Virus record (IMG/VR): IMGVR_UViG_3300030708_002923
Coordinates: 9,022-73,021 of that record
DNA from: a virus
Taxonomy: Duplodnaviria > Caudoviricetes
Strand: one strand, 5' to 3'
Length of the DNA stretch: 64,000 bases
Both the position numbers and the translations under genes were made by a program. Below, piece after piece: positions 1 through 7,659 of the stretch (position 1 is the first letter of the stretch; every line of letters begins with the position of its first letter). The notes below the pieces were generated by a model. The model was not told the DNA's origin, made no database searches, and saw nothing but the letters and a program-made list of their open reading frames with translations.

Positions 1-700
1 CCCGGCACGTTTCACGGACGGCGGGGGAGTGCCAAGACCCCAACACCTGCGGGCGAGCGCCACTAAGGCTTTGAGCAACATCAAGGCCCCGTCTATAAAT
101 CCACCGCGACGAATCGCAGCGCTTACAACGTGTCGAGGTGGTAGAAATGCGATGCGGCGAGCAGTAGCGAGGCCGAGGGATTAGTAACCCCGAAGACTAC
201 TGCAAGGTATCCCCCCACCTTACACGGGGGGACTGTGAGGCCGTGGCCCGCAGTGAACACCGCCCCGGCGAGCGTATCGCCGCCCCTTTCTACATAGCCG
301 CCGCAAGGGATTACCCTGGATAATACGGCGGGCAATACCGAAAACCCCTACAACGGTCGCACCTTGCTGAGGGCTTCAATCCAAGAGGGATAAAAACGCT
401 TCCCTGTTCTATTGATAGGTAGGGGTCGGGCTCGTACCTCGGCCCCGTTTCATTACATAGCCGCCGCCGAGGCTCCCCCTATGATTCAGAGAGGGGTTGA
501 GCCCCGGCGGGCGGTGGACCTTTCCCGGTTCGCTGTCCTGCGATTCGTCGCTGTTGACATGCCAACTACCGCAAATGTAGGATAGCCCGGTTTTAACGGG
601 GCTTTTCGATGTATTTTGTACCGATAGGGCGGGGGGCCTACCCCTGATTTTTACACCTTGTCCCGCTGTTGGTCCGGTTGCCATGTCAACACCAGCACGG
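1..700 (+). ncRNA. Candidate large structured RNA (or structured terminal DNA); may begin before the window
   Basis: No credible ORF. Dense nested stems: 161-167/197-203, 210-216/226-232, 344-351/419-426, rod 461-514, 552-561/682-691; UUCG hairpin 540-551; G-U wobbles favour the + strand. Confidence 0.4.
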
Positions 701-846
701 AATAAGCCGCTTCAAAGGCTGCATATCACGTAGCCGATGGGTATTTTCATTCGGGGGCTTGAGAGGTGGCGCGGACCAACCCCGCATAAAATCCCCGCCA
801 TATTCGCCTGTACTGGTACGAATGACCGAACCTTACCCCCCTTGTA

Positions 847-1057
847 CCCTAACCTCTGCCCTAACCTATCGACGAGGTTAGGGCACCCGATAGCCCGCCT
901 TCAAGGTGCCTTATCGGTTGATGCCCTAACCTACCCTAACCTCTGGCCCAACATTTTGAACCTCTCGGATTTTCTCGACTGTCTCGTTCTTCTCTCTCTA
1001 CTATATTGTATTACCTACCTACCTATTCTGTCTAATAGGTTAGGGTAGGTTAGGGCA
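847..1057. repeat. CCCTAACCT/AGGTTAGGG iteron cluster with inverted symmetry (possible origin, packaging or protein-binding site)
   Basis: CCCTAACCT at 847, 859, 924, 934; reverse complement at 875, 1037, 1047; perfect 21-bp inverted repeat 922-942/1037-1057; 11-bp IR 857-867/875-885. Confidence 0.85.
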
Positions 1058-1135
1058 ATAGAGAATAAACGAGGTTCAACCGGGCTTTTCAACCTGCCCC
1101 AACGTAGGGGCACCACTGCCCCAACGGGTAGGCAC

Positions 1136-1164
1136 TTGACACCCTTTACCCCTTCCCTTAGACT
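1136..1164 (+). promoter_or_regulatory. sigma70-type early promoter
   Basis: TTGACA (1136-1141), 17 bp, TAGACT (1159-1164), just upstream of the first ORF; preceded by CAC as at 6040 and 12231. Confidence 0.75.
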
Positions 1165-1200
1165 GACATACCAGCCAAACCCTAACAGACTGGAGATATC

Positions 1201-1530
1201 ATGCCTGTACTCAAACGATACAAGCCGCACGGCGGCTATCCCTTGGCGCCTGGAGCCGGATGGGCGACTGTCCGAAAACTGACCAACAGAGAGGCGGTCA
1301 TGATTCTGAATGCCTCCGAGACTATGGCTGAGCGTGGCCCTGATGGATTGCGCGACACCATCGCGGGCAAGTGCTTTGTAGCTTTGAATCGATTCGGTCG
1401 CCCTAAAGCTGGCGAGTGGAACCAACCCTGTCCCGCCGGTACTCGTGCCATCTACCACCACGGTGGTGGTGGTGGCGTGTGGTCCGGTTTCTATATCATC
1501 GAAAAACTAAAAACCCTGGAGCAATCATGA
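1201..1530 (+). CDS. Hypothetical early protein (109 aa)
   Basis: CTGGAG RBS upstream; first gene after the promoter; ATGA overlap with the next gene. Confidence 0.7.
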   Translation: MPVLKRYKPHGGYPLAPGAGWATVRKLTNREAVMILNASETMAERGPDGLRDTIAGKCFVALNRFGRPKAGEWNQPCPAGTRAIYHHGGGGGVWSGFYIIEKLKTLEQS

Positions 1531-2087
1531 TGAACAAAAAGACACGCACAATCGATGGCACAACCTATACCGTGACCTATGGATTCGATACCAAGTTTGC
1601 CGCGAAGCATAATCAACGGCCGTACTTCAGCATCACCCTTGACGTAACCGAGGGGAAACGATGGGTAAGCGGTGGCGCGGATTCTGATACCATCGCGGAG
1701 GTATTCCCCGAACTTGCCAACGTTCTACAATGGCACCTGGCTGACCACTCCGCGACACCTATACACTACGTGGCCAACACCATGTACTGGCGGGACCACT
1801 TCCCAACGCAGGCCGAGGTACAAGTATCTGAGGATGAGCCAACGCAAACGGTTACCATGGCTCCAAAGTATGAGGACCGGTACAACTACGGACCCGAGAG
1901 ACTCGCGGCTCACTTGAAGTCTTGCATGGCTTGGGGCGCGTTACCGTCAGAGCGTGACTGGACGGGCGACAGCCCCGAGACGTGGGACCGTGACACGCTC
2001 CGTGTGTACCTCGTGACACGTCAAGCGGCCTTGATGGATAACATGCGCGCGGACCTTGCGGCCGTAGGCGTGACCATTCCCAACTAA
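1527..2087 (+). CDS. Conserved phage hypothetical protein (186 aa)
   Basis: Start reassigned to ATG 1527 after the CTGGAG RBS; RPYFSIT...FPELA...WHL...PIHYVAN motif resembles a widespread phage family. Confidence 0.75.
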   Translation: MMNKKTRTIDGTTYTVTYGFDTKFAAKHNQRPYFSITLDVTEGKRWVSGGADSDTIAEVFPELANVLQWHLADHSATPIHYVANTMYWRDHFPTQAEVQVSEDEPTQTVTMAPKYEDRYNYGPERLAAHLKSCMAWGALPSERDWTGDSPETWDRDTLRVYLVTRQAALMDNMRADLAAVGVTIPN

Positions 2088-2123
2088 TCAACCGGGGCCC
2101 CGTGCCCCACTGGAGCAAACAAA

Positions 2124-2414
2124 ATGCCAATAGACCAATCATTCAAGTCCTATTCCTCTGCGCTTGCAGAATATGTAAACCATCCTGACTACTACAAGGG
2201 CCGATGGGCTGTACGCTGTACCGTAATCGCAACGGGCCAAGTCGGTAGGCGGGTATTCGACAGTCACTCGGATGCGACAGCATTTGTAGATGACTTGGTG
2301 GCGCGGGGGGTATGCACTCCCGGTGATGGCAAGTACCGCATTCGTTTCGAGCGCGTTGACCCCTTGCCTGGATTCCCTAAAGCCCTGGAGCAATCATGCA
2401 ACGCATCAAGTTAG
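2124..2414 (+). CDS. Hypothetical protein
   Basis: ATG directly after the hairpin/RBS repeat. Confidence 0.65.
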   Translation: MPIDQSFKSYSSALAEYVNHPDYYKGRWAVRCTVIATGQVGRRVFDSHSDATAFVDDLVARGVCTPGDGKYRIRFERVDPLPGFPKALEQSCNASS

Positions 2415-2626
2415 AAAACCTCGAAAACGTAGTAGACCGTATCAATTCGGCCGGTGTCGGCACCTACATGGTCGACCATACAAGCGGCGGCGTCCGCCTA
2501 TCCATGCTGAACGAAACCGGCGGAAGGCGTGCCATCACGCCAATAGGAACCAAGCGCGAAACCTACTACCGCATGCACGCCTTTCTGGATGGCGTTGAGG
2601 CTGCCCAACACGGGGGGCAATCATGA
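2396..2626 (+). CDS. Hypothetical protein (76 aa)
   Basis: CCCTGGAGCAATCATG start; ATGA overlap with the next gene. Confidence 0.7.
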   Translation: MQRIKLENLENVVDRINSAGVGTYMVDHTSGGVRLSMLNETGGRRAITPIGTKRETYYRMHAFLDGVEAAQHGGQS

Positions 2627-2946
2627 GCGCCATCATCGACACCATTAACCTGAGCGCCTGTAGCGATTGTCTTCTATTCATCGCCAACGGTGACGAGCCA
2701 GAAGGTGACGAAACCCTACCCGCTCGCATCCAATCGGAATGGACCGTATCCGACGATACATGTGACCACCATGGCGCCGTCCACGGTTCCCTATGGTGGG
2801 ACATCGTGTACGGTGGCGAGCATGAAAGCGAGGCCGACGAGCACAGCGGTTCCCTCGGTTTCTCATGGTCATCGTGCGAGTGTTGCGGTTCAAGTCTCGG
2901 AGGCGACCGCTACCCCTTGACCGCTATCCTCAGACGTAAACCCTGA
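2623..2946 (+). CDS. Hypothetical Cys-rich (Zn-binding?) phage protein
   Basis: CSDC...ANG and FSWSSCECCGSSLGGDR motifs. Confidence 0.7.
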   Translation: MSAIIDTINLSACSDCLLFIANGDEPEGDETLPARIQSEWTVSDDTCDHHGAVHGSLWWDIVYGGEHESEADEHSGSLGFSWSSCECCGSSLGGDRYPLTAILRRKP

Positions 2947-2958
2947 ACCCCTGGAGCA

Positions 2959-3831
2959 ATGATGTACCCCGAAACGTTCTGGAATAAACCCGTGCCCGCC
3001 AAGTACCGCAAGGCGCTGGAGGGCTTGGGGCTACCCCTTGACATAAGCCGGCGCGACCTATTCCGGTTCGTTGCCTTCACCGATTCAGGCAAGCCCCGAA
3101 ACATTCTCGGGTCTTCCTCTAAAGTAGAGAAGGGCGAAGGCGCTGGTGTTCTCACCGCAATCCTGTACCTGTCGCCCGGTCGTGAGGCCGGTATCAATAT
3201 GTGCCCAATGGCGGCAGGCTGTGAAGCTGGATGCCTTGGGACTACCTCGCGCCGGATGACATGGCCTACCCATAAGAAAGCGCGGGTATGCAAAACGGTA
3301 TGGCTGATGCTATTCCGTGACCACTTCCTACGGCGCCTGTCTTGGGAGATAATCGGCCACGCTATGACGGCGGAAGCCATGGATATGAAACCCGCTATCC
3401 GCCTGAACGGGTCGAGTGATGTACTGTGGGAAAACTACAACGTACCTCAGAGCCATCCAGAGGTGCAGTTCTACGACTATACGAAGCTGCCAGCGAAAGC
3501 CCGCGCAGGCGTGCCGGATAACTACCACCTAACGTTCAGCCTATGCGAGCGCCCCGAGAGCAAGGGTCGAGCCCTGGAGTGGCTCAACGCAGGCCGAAAC
3601 GTGGCCATGGTCGTGGGCGGTGAGTCTACAACCGACAGGCCAAGCGTAATGCTGAAGGCGGCAAAGGCGGCGGCAGCTACTATCATCGAGCGCGGAACCT
3701 TCGAGGGCTTCCCCGCTGTAAGCGGTGACAATGATGACATTCGATTCGATGACCCACCCGGCGCCTGGGTCGTGCTCTATGCCAAGAGTGGCGCCCTGAC
3801 AGACAGTACTGGATTCGTCCAGCGATTCTAA
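2959..3831 (+). CDS. GP88-family protein (Cys cluster, possibly Fe-S/radical-SAM-like)
   Basis: LYLSP...CPMAAGCEAGCL, IRLNGSSDV, VQFYDYTK, NYHLTFS, GDNDDIRFDDP motifs. Confidence 0.8.
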   Translation: MMYPETFWNKPVPAKYRKALEGLGLPLDISRRDLFRFVAFTDSGKPRNILGSSSKVEKGEGAGVLTAILYLSPGREAGINMCPMAAGCEAGCLGTTSRRMTWPTHKKARVCKTVWLMLFRDHFLRRLSWEIIGHAMTAEAMDMKPAIRLNGSSDVLWENYNVPQSHPEVQFYDYTKLPAKARAGVPDNYHLTFSLCERPESKGRALEWLNAGRNVAMVVGGESTTDRPSVMLKAAKAAAATIIERGTFEGFPAVSGDNDDIRFDDPPGAWVVLYAKSGALTDSTGFVQRF

Positions 3832-3863
3832 CAATGAGGGGCTTCGGCCCCACTGGAGAGACA

Positions 3864-3959
3864 ATGGGAACACTTGAAGACCGATACCAAAACTATGTTC
3901 AATGCATGATTGACCTTGGTCAACCATACGTGGACTTTGACACGTGGCTCAACCGATAG
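3864..3959 (+). CDS. Small protein, 31 aa (MGTLEDRYQNYVQCMIDLGQPYVDFDTWLNR); below the ORF-track cutoff
   Basis: ATG after the hairpin/CTGGAG repeat; fills the gap up to the next repeat. Confidence 0.65.
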   Translation: MGTLEDRYQNYVQCMIDLGQPYVDFDTWLNR

Positions 3960-3972
3960 CCCTGGAGCAAAC

Positions 3973-4194
3973 ATGAGACTGTCCTATAGATTCTTCGATA
4001 CCCGACAGGAAGCACGGAAGTTCTTTCAGTCCAATAACCTCACACTGGAGGCGTTCTATCACACTTGGCACGGCGAGTGGTTGATTTGCTATCCAGACCC
4101 GCACGCCATCGGGTGTGAGCACCTGCCCGAACTTCAACCCGGTTGCGATGAAATCCTTTGGGAAATGGACCTAATCGTAGAGTGTGAAGGCTAA
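3973..4194 (+). CDS. Hypothetical protein (73 aa)
   Basis: Start reassigned after CCCTGGAGCAAAC. Confidence 0.65.
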   Translation: MRLSYRFFDTRQEARKFFQSNNLTLEAFYHTWHGEWLICYPDPHAIGCEHLPELQPGCDEILWEMDLIVECEG

Positions 4195-4231
4195 CTAATC
4201 AACCGGGGCTTCGGCCCCACTGGAGCAAACA

Positions 4232-4591
4232 ATGAGCAAACGAGCAAAGACATATCATGAGATAGAAGACAACCATTGTATCTTGAAGATACGACAGGAA
4301 CGCGAGGAACGGGACGAATACAACAAGTCAATCGGTAAATCTCAACGGGGCTTTGAACTTCACAGCCCGAGACTTCGGGCCAATGCGAGCCTTAGAACGG
4401 TGGTGAAACATGCGCGAGACGCGGCCGACTTTGCGCTTTACCGTTATCGAGTGGAGCGCGATTGGTGGCACACACTCCGAGATACAAGCCAGGTCAGAGA
4501 GTATCAAAACAAAGGGCATGAAGTGGAAATACTTCGAGACAGGTGGCACACACTCGAAGAAATCGCGCAGCACCTTGAACGACTCACTTAA
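4232..4591 (+). CDS. Hypothetical protein (119 aa)
   Basis: Flanked by two full repeats; short internal duplication (RDWWHTLRD / RDRWHTLEE). Confidence 0.7.
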   Translation: MSKRAKTYHEIEDNHCILKIRQEREERDEYNKSIGKSQRGFELHSPRLRANASLRTVVKHARDAADFALYRYRVERDWWHTLRDTSQVREYQNKGHEVEILRDRWHTLEEIAQHLERLT

Positions 4592-4623
4592 TCAACCGGG
4601 GCTTCGGCCCCACTGGATACCCC

Positions 4624-4827
4624 ATGCACAAAAAGAAATACCGCGTCATCTACCGATGCCGCAGCACCCATTTACCAAGGTATCAATACGACTGTGGCGG
4701 TTACGTTAGCCGAGGTGTTCTCCAACGTAGCCGTATCGTGTCGGCTGCTGACGCTGCCCAAGCCGTCCTGAAGGCTCGCACGTTCGATGATTACATCGAA
4801 CTTGTGACTGTCTACGAGTCTGCCTAA
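4624..4827 (+). CDS. Hypothetical protein (67 aa)
   Basis: Flanked by two full repeats. Confidence 0.6.
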   Translation: MHKKKYRVIYRCRSTHLPRYQYDCGGYVSRGVLQRSRIVSAADAAQAVLKARTFDDYIELVTVYESA

Positions 4828-4864
4828 CCTAATCAACCGGGGCTTCGGCCCCACTGGAGCAAAC

Positions 4865-5137
4865 ATGCAAACGAATGAAAACGCATTTATCGAACGTTGT
4901 TTCTGTATGTCACCGAAGCATCGAGACTGGAACCAAGCATGGGAAGCGATTGCGCGCCATGAATCCAACCGAGAAATGAACGATAAAATGACCGCAGCCT
5001 GCCCGTTTAGCGGCGAGTCATGGCAATACATGGGCAGCTACAACAAGCCACAAGGGAACGTCCACACGTTCCGCCATCGCCGTCACCCTGGAGTGAACGG
5101 TGAGCGCGTCAACGTGCGCGTGTTCATCCCCAACTAA
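4865..5137 (+). CDS. Conserved phage hypothetical protein (90 aa)
   Basis: GESWQYMGS...HTFRHRRHP motif; repeat-associated RBS. Confidence 0.7.
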   Translation: MQTNENAFIERCFCMSPKHRDWNQAWEAIARHESNREMNDKMTAACPFSGESWQYMGSYNKPQGNVHTFRHRRHPGVNGERVNVRVFIPN

Positions 5138-5161
5138 ACCGATAGCCCTGGAGCAATCATC

Positions 5162-5353
5162 ATGACACTACAAGAGGAACTGGCAGCGTTGAAGCTGGCC
5201 GACATAAAAGACAAGCTACTGCGCTACTTGCTCAAAGACGTGGAAGCGAACTTCGAGCACTTGACGAATGAGGAACGCACCATCATCGGTGACCCTGAAA
5301 CATTCAGCGCGCTGTTGGAATCCATTGGGATTGACCAGCACGGAACCCGATAG
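5162..5353 (+). CDS. Hypothetical protein (63 aa)
   Basis: Short-form repeat RBS. Confidence 0.65.
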   Translation: MTLQEELAALKLADIKDKLLRYLLKDVEANFEHLTNEERTIIGDPETFSALLESIGIDQHGTR

Positions 5354-5389
5354 CATACCCGACACACACAAACAAACAGGAGGTGAGTG

Positions 5390-5599
5390 ATGCCTACATA
5401 CCAAATACACTGCACAGCAGCGATTGAAATATACGCAACCGTCGATGCCGATAGTATAGAGCATGCCAAGCGCATCGCTTCAAACATTACGATTGTAAAC
5501 TACGCCAATGAAACGGTAGGCGCCGAGACAGACGACGGAGAGATAACTGAAGTCATCGGCCATGAGGTAGCTGGTATTACAATCACAGGAGGTGAGTAA
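5390..5599 (+). CDS. Hypothetical protein
   Basis: AGGAGGTG RBS; ends GGE*. Confidence 0.7.
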   Translation: MPTYQIHCTAAIEIYATVDADSIEHAKRIASNITIVNYANETVGAETDDGEITEVIGHEVAGITITGGE

Positions 5600-6018
5600 T
5601 GAGCCCTACCGCAAGATTCAAAGAGTCCATCAACGGTAGCGATGTAGTCATCGACCTACGGCCTGGACAGACCTTGACCCACGTAAAGTATGAGCCTACC
5701 GATGAGGGATGGGACCGCACTGTACACACGTGGCATTACGATGCCGATAGCAAAGTCATCACAGTCAACTACTTCAATGAAGGCCGCGACTGTGATGGCT
5801 ACATGTCAACCCACTACGAACGCGAATGCTCGGTTGACCGGCTACGCTCTCGAACAGTGAAGCATCCGACTGGTGGACGGTGGGAGCCATTCACCTTCGA
5901 CGATGGCACCACTGCCCACGAGTGGGTGACCACTTGGGAAGAACAGACAGGCTGGCCTGACTGGAGAGAGGTCGGCTACGAGTACCATGACCAGAACGCC
6001 AGAGCGATGGGCTACTAA
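5599..6018 (+). CDS. Conserved phage hypothetical protein (139 aa)
   Basis: TAATG coupling; PTDEGW, GRDCDG and AMGY motifs. Confidence 0.75.
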   Translation: MSPTARFKESINGSDVVIDLRPGQTLTHVKYEPTDEGWDRTVHTWHYDADSKVITVNYFNEGRDCDGYMSTHYERECSVDRLRSRTVKHPTGGRWEPFTFDDGTTAHEWVTTWEEQTGWPDWREVGYEYHDQNARAMGY

Positions 6019-6039
6019 ACTTTACCTATGCTGACACAC

Positions 6040-6069
6040 TTGACAGCCAATACCAAACAGGTGTATAAC
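6040..6069 (+). promoter_or_regulatory. sigma70-type promoter for ardC
   Basis: TTGACA (6040-6045), 18 bp, TATAAC (6064-6069). Confidence 0.7.
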
Positions 6070-6099
6070 CCTAATGAGCAAACAAACCGGAGATTCAAC

Positions 6100-7053
6100 A
6101 TGGCTAAAAAACCAACATTCAACACGCACCAAGTCATCACCGATATTATCTTGGCTTCGATGGAGAAGGGCGTACAGCCCTGGCGCAAAGGCTGGACCGC
6201 ATTGGGTGGCGCCTTGAGCCGTCCCGTCAGTGGAGGTACAGGCAATCCATACAACGGTATCAACGTGATTCTGCTATGGGCGGCACAGTCCGAGCGTGGC
6301 TACCACTCCGATACTTGGCACACGTACAAGGGTGCCCAAGGCAAGGGCGGTCAGGTACGCAAGGGTGAGAAGGGTACACGCATCGTCAAGTGGTTGTTCC
6401 TGCCATTCAAAGAGAACGGACAGGTAAAGCTTGATGCCAACGGTGAGCCCGTGACCTTCGCAAAGATGAGGCTGTACACAGTCTTCAACGCTTGCCAGAT
6501 TGATTGGGCAGAGGGTAGCGAGCATGCCCCTGGTCCTGCTCCAACAGTGGAGGAACACGATGGTTCTCAGGCCGGTGACGAGTACGAAGATGCCAAAGTC
6601 ATTCTGGATTCGTGGGCCGATGAGGTCACAATCAGACATGGCGGCGACTCAGCATTCTATCGACCATCGGATGACTTGATTCAACTGCCCACCTTTGAAC
6701 AGTTTGACAGTGAAGCCGAATACTTCTCGACTGCCTTTCATGAGGCGATTCACAGCACGGGCCACAGTACCCGCCTGAACCGCTTCAAAAAGGAACGCAA
6801 GGGTAGCTACAAGCAAGCCTACGCATTCGAGGAACTGGTAGCAGAGTTGGGTGCAGCGTTCTTGTGTGCGGATGCTGGTATCAACCAGCCAGAAGAACCA
6901 CGCGAGGACCACGCGCAGTACTTGGCCCACTGGCTCGAAGTACTCAAGGGTGACCCGAAGGCCATCGTGTCTGCGGCATCCAAGGCAGAGAAGGCAGCGA
7001 AGCTTGTAGTGGCAAAGGCTGGCGAGGCCGGTCAACAGCAGGCAGCGAAGTAA
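6100..7053 (+). CDS. ardC: ArdC-family antirestriction protein (ssDNA-binding N-domain plus zincin-like domain)
   Basis: PWRKGW, YNGINVILLW, GGQVRKGEKGTRIV, AFYRPSDDLI, FHEAIHSTGH (HExxH), YAFEELVAELGAAFL; start reassigned to ATG 6100 (GGAG RBS). Confidence 0.93.
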   Translation: MAKKPTFNTHQVITDIILASMEKGVQPWRKGWTALGGALSRPVSGGTGNPYNGINVILLWAAQSERGYHSDTWHTYKGAQGKGGQVRKGEKGTRIVKWLFLPFKENGQVKLDANGEPVTFAKMRLYTVFNACQIDWAEGSEHAPGPAPTVEEHDGSQAGDEYEDAKVILDSWADEVTIRHGGDSAFYRPSDDLIQLPTFEQFDSEAEYFSTAFHEAIHSTGHSTRLNRFKKERKGSYKQAYAFEELVAELGAAFLCADAGINQPEEPREDHAQYLAHWLEVLKGDPKAIVSAASKAEKAAKLVVAKAGEAGQQQAAK

Positions 7054-7065
7054 ACCGGGAGAGGG

Positions 7066-7096
7066 AAGCAGTTTGCGGTCTGCTTATCAAAACCGC
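7066..7096 (+). promoter_or_regulatory. Putative H-type RNA pseudoknot in the ardC downstream spacer
   Basis: S1 AAGCAG 7066-7071/CTGCTT 7080-7085; S2 GCGGT 7075-7079/ACCGC 7092-7096; loops TTT and ATCAAA. Confidence 0.45.
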
Positions 7097-7123
7097 CTAC
7101 CTTTCAACCATCATGGAGAACAA

Positions 7124-7357
7124 ATGATGATTCGATACCTAATCGTTGACACGGAAATAGACCCCAATGAAACAGGCTCTCAGGGCATGTCTGCGGCATT
7201 CGTTCGCAACAGCAAAGACAGAGTCATGCACACAACTAACATTGAAAAGGCTCGCCGATGGCGCGACAGTCGCAATGACGGCATCGACGAGGGAGAGCCT
7301 GGTTTTTCGATTCTCGAAATAAACACAGAGACGGGCGCACAACGCCTTGTTTCATAA
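7124..7357 (+). CDS. Hypothetical protein (77 aa)
   Basis: TGGAG RBS before ATG 7124. Confidence 0.65.
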   Translation: MMIRYLIVDTEIDPNETGSQGMSAAFVRNSKDRVMHTTNIEKARRWRDSRNDGIDEGEPGFSILEINTETGAQRLVS

Positions 7358-7377
7358 CAAACAACAGGAGGTGAATG

Positions 7378-7659
7378 ATGAACATGCCAGAAGGATTGAA
7401 GTACTGGACCGCTGACGAGGTAGCCGAATGCCTTGATGGAATCGGGCCTGACCTATATCGCAAGCTGTGGGAGATTCTTGCTGAAGCCAAGAACCCTACA
7501 CCACTTGGGGGCGACGGTTCCAATGGAACAGTCGAGACACCAGATGGTCGGCTGGACGAGGACAACGACGACAAGGCCCCACACTGGTGGGTCAAGCTTA
7601 CGCCAGCCGAGCAGACAACTATCGCATCAGCATACATCGCTGAACGTGGAGGTGAGTGA
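7378..7659 (+). CDS. Hypothetical protein
   Basis: AGGAGGTG RBS; ends GGE*. Confidence 0.7.
   Translation: MNMPEGLKYWTADEVAECLDGIGPDLYRKLWEILAEAKNPTPLGGDGSNGTVETPDGRLDEDNDDKAPHWWVKLTPAEQTTIASAYIAERGGE

Larger units (their letters stand above)
1514..5164 (+). repeat. Dispersed intergenic repeat family: long form TAATCAACCGGGGCTTCGGCCCCACTGGAGCAAAC and short form CCCTGGAGCAA(T/A)CATG in front of successive early genes
   Basis: Identical 29-bp core at 4196-4224, 4589-4617, 4830-4858; variants at 2085-2126 and 3838-3858; short forms at 1514, 2383, 2949, ~3960, ~5146. Confidence 0.93.

Noticed and set aside
150-700. Group I/II intron or tmRNA
   Set aside because: GACTAC at 195-200 resembles a P7 half, but I found no matching S element, no group II domain V, no tag ORF and no interrupted host gene.
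847-1057. Eukaryotic TTAGGG telomere or contamination
   Set aside because: Only seven dispersed 9-mers in both orientations, not a tandem array; embedded in phage DNA beside a sigma70 promoter.
123-1461. ORF-track calls in the first 1.2 kb (123..335, 409..684, 669..881, 737..1048, 1015..1461)
   Set aside because: No RBS, low-complexity translations driven by the repeats and hairpins; better explained as non-coding structure.
2085-4858. Hairpin repeats as a CRISPR array
   Set aside because: The intervening sequences are whole ORFs of ~100-900 bp with irregular spacing; the repeats contain RBSs; no cas genes.
1514-5164. Integron cassette array
   Set aside because: No tyrosine integrase in the window and no attC R''/R' GTTRRRY architecture; only the cassette-like layout is kept as a finding.
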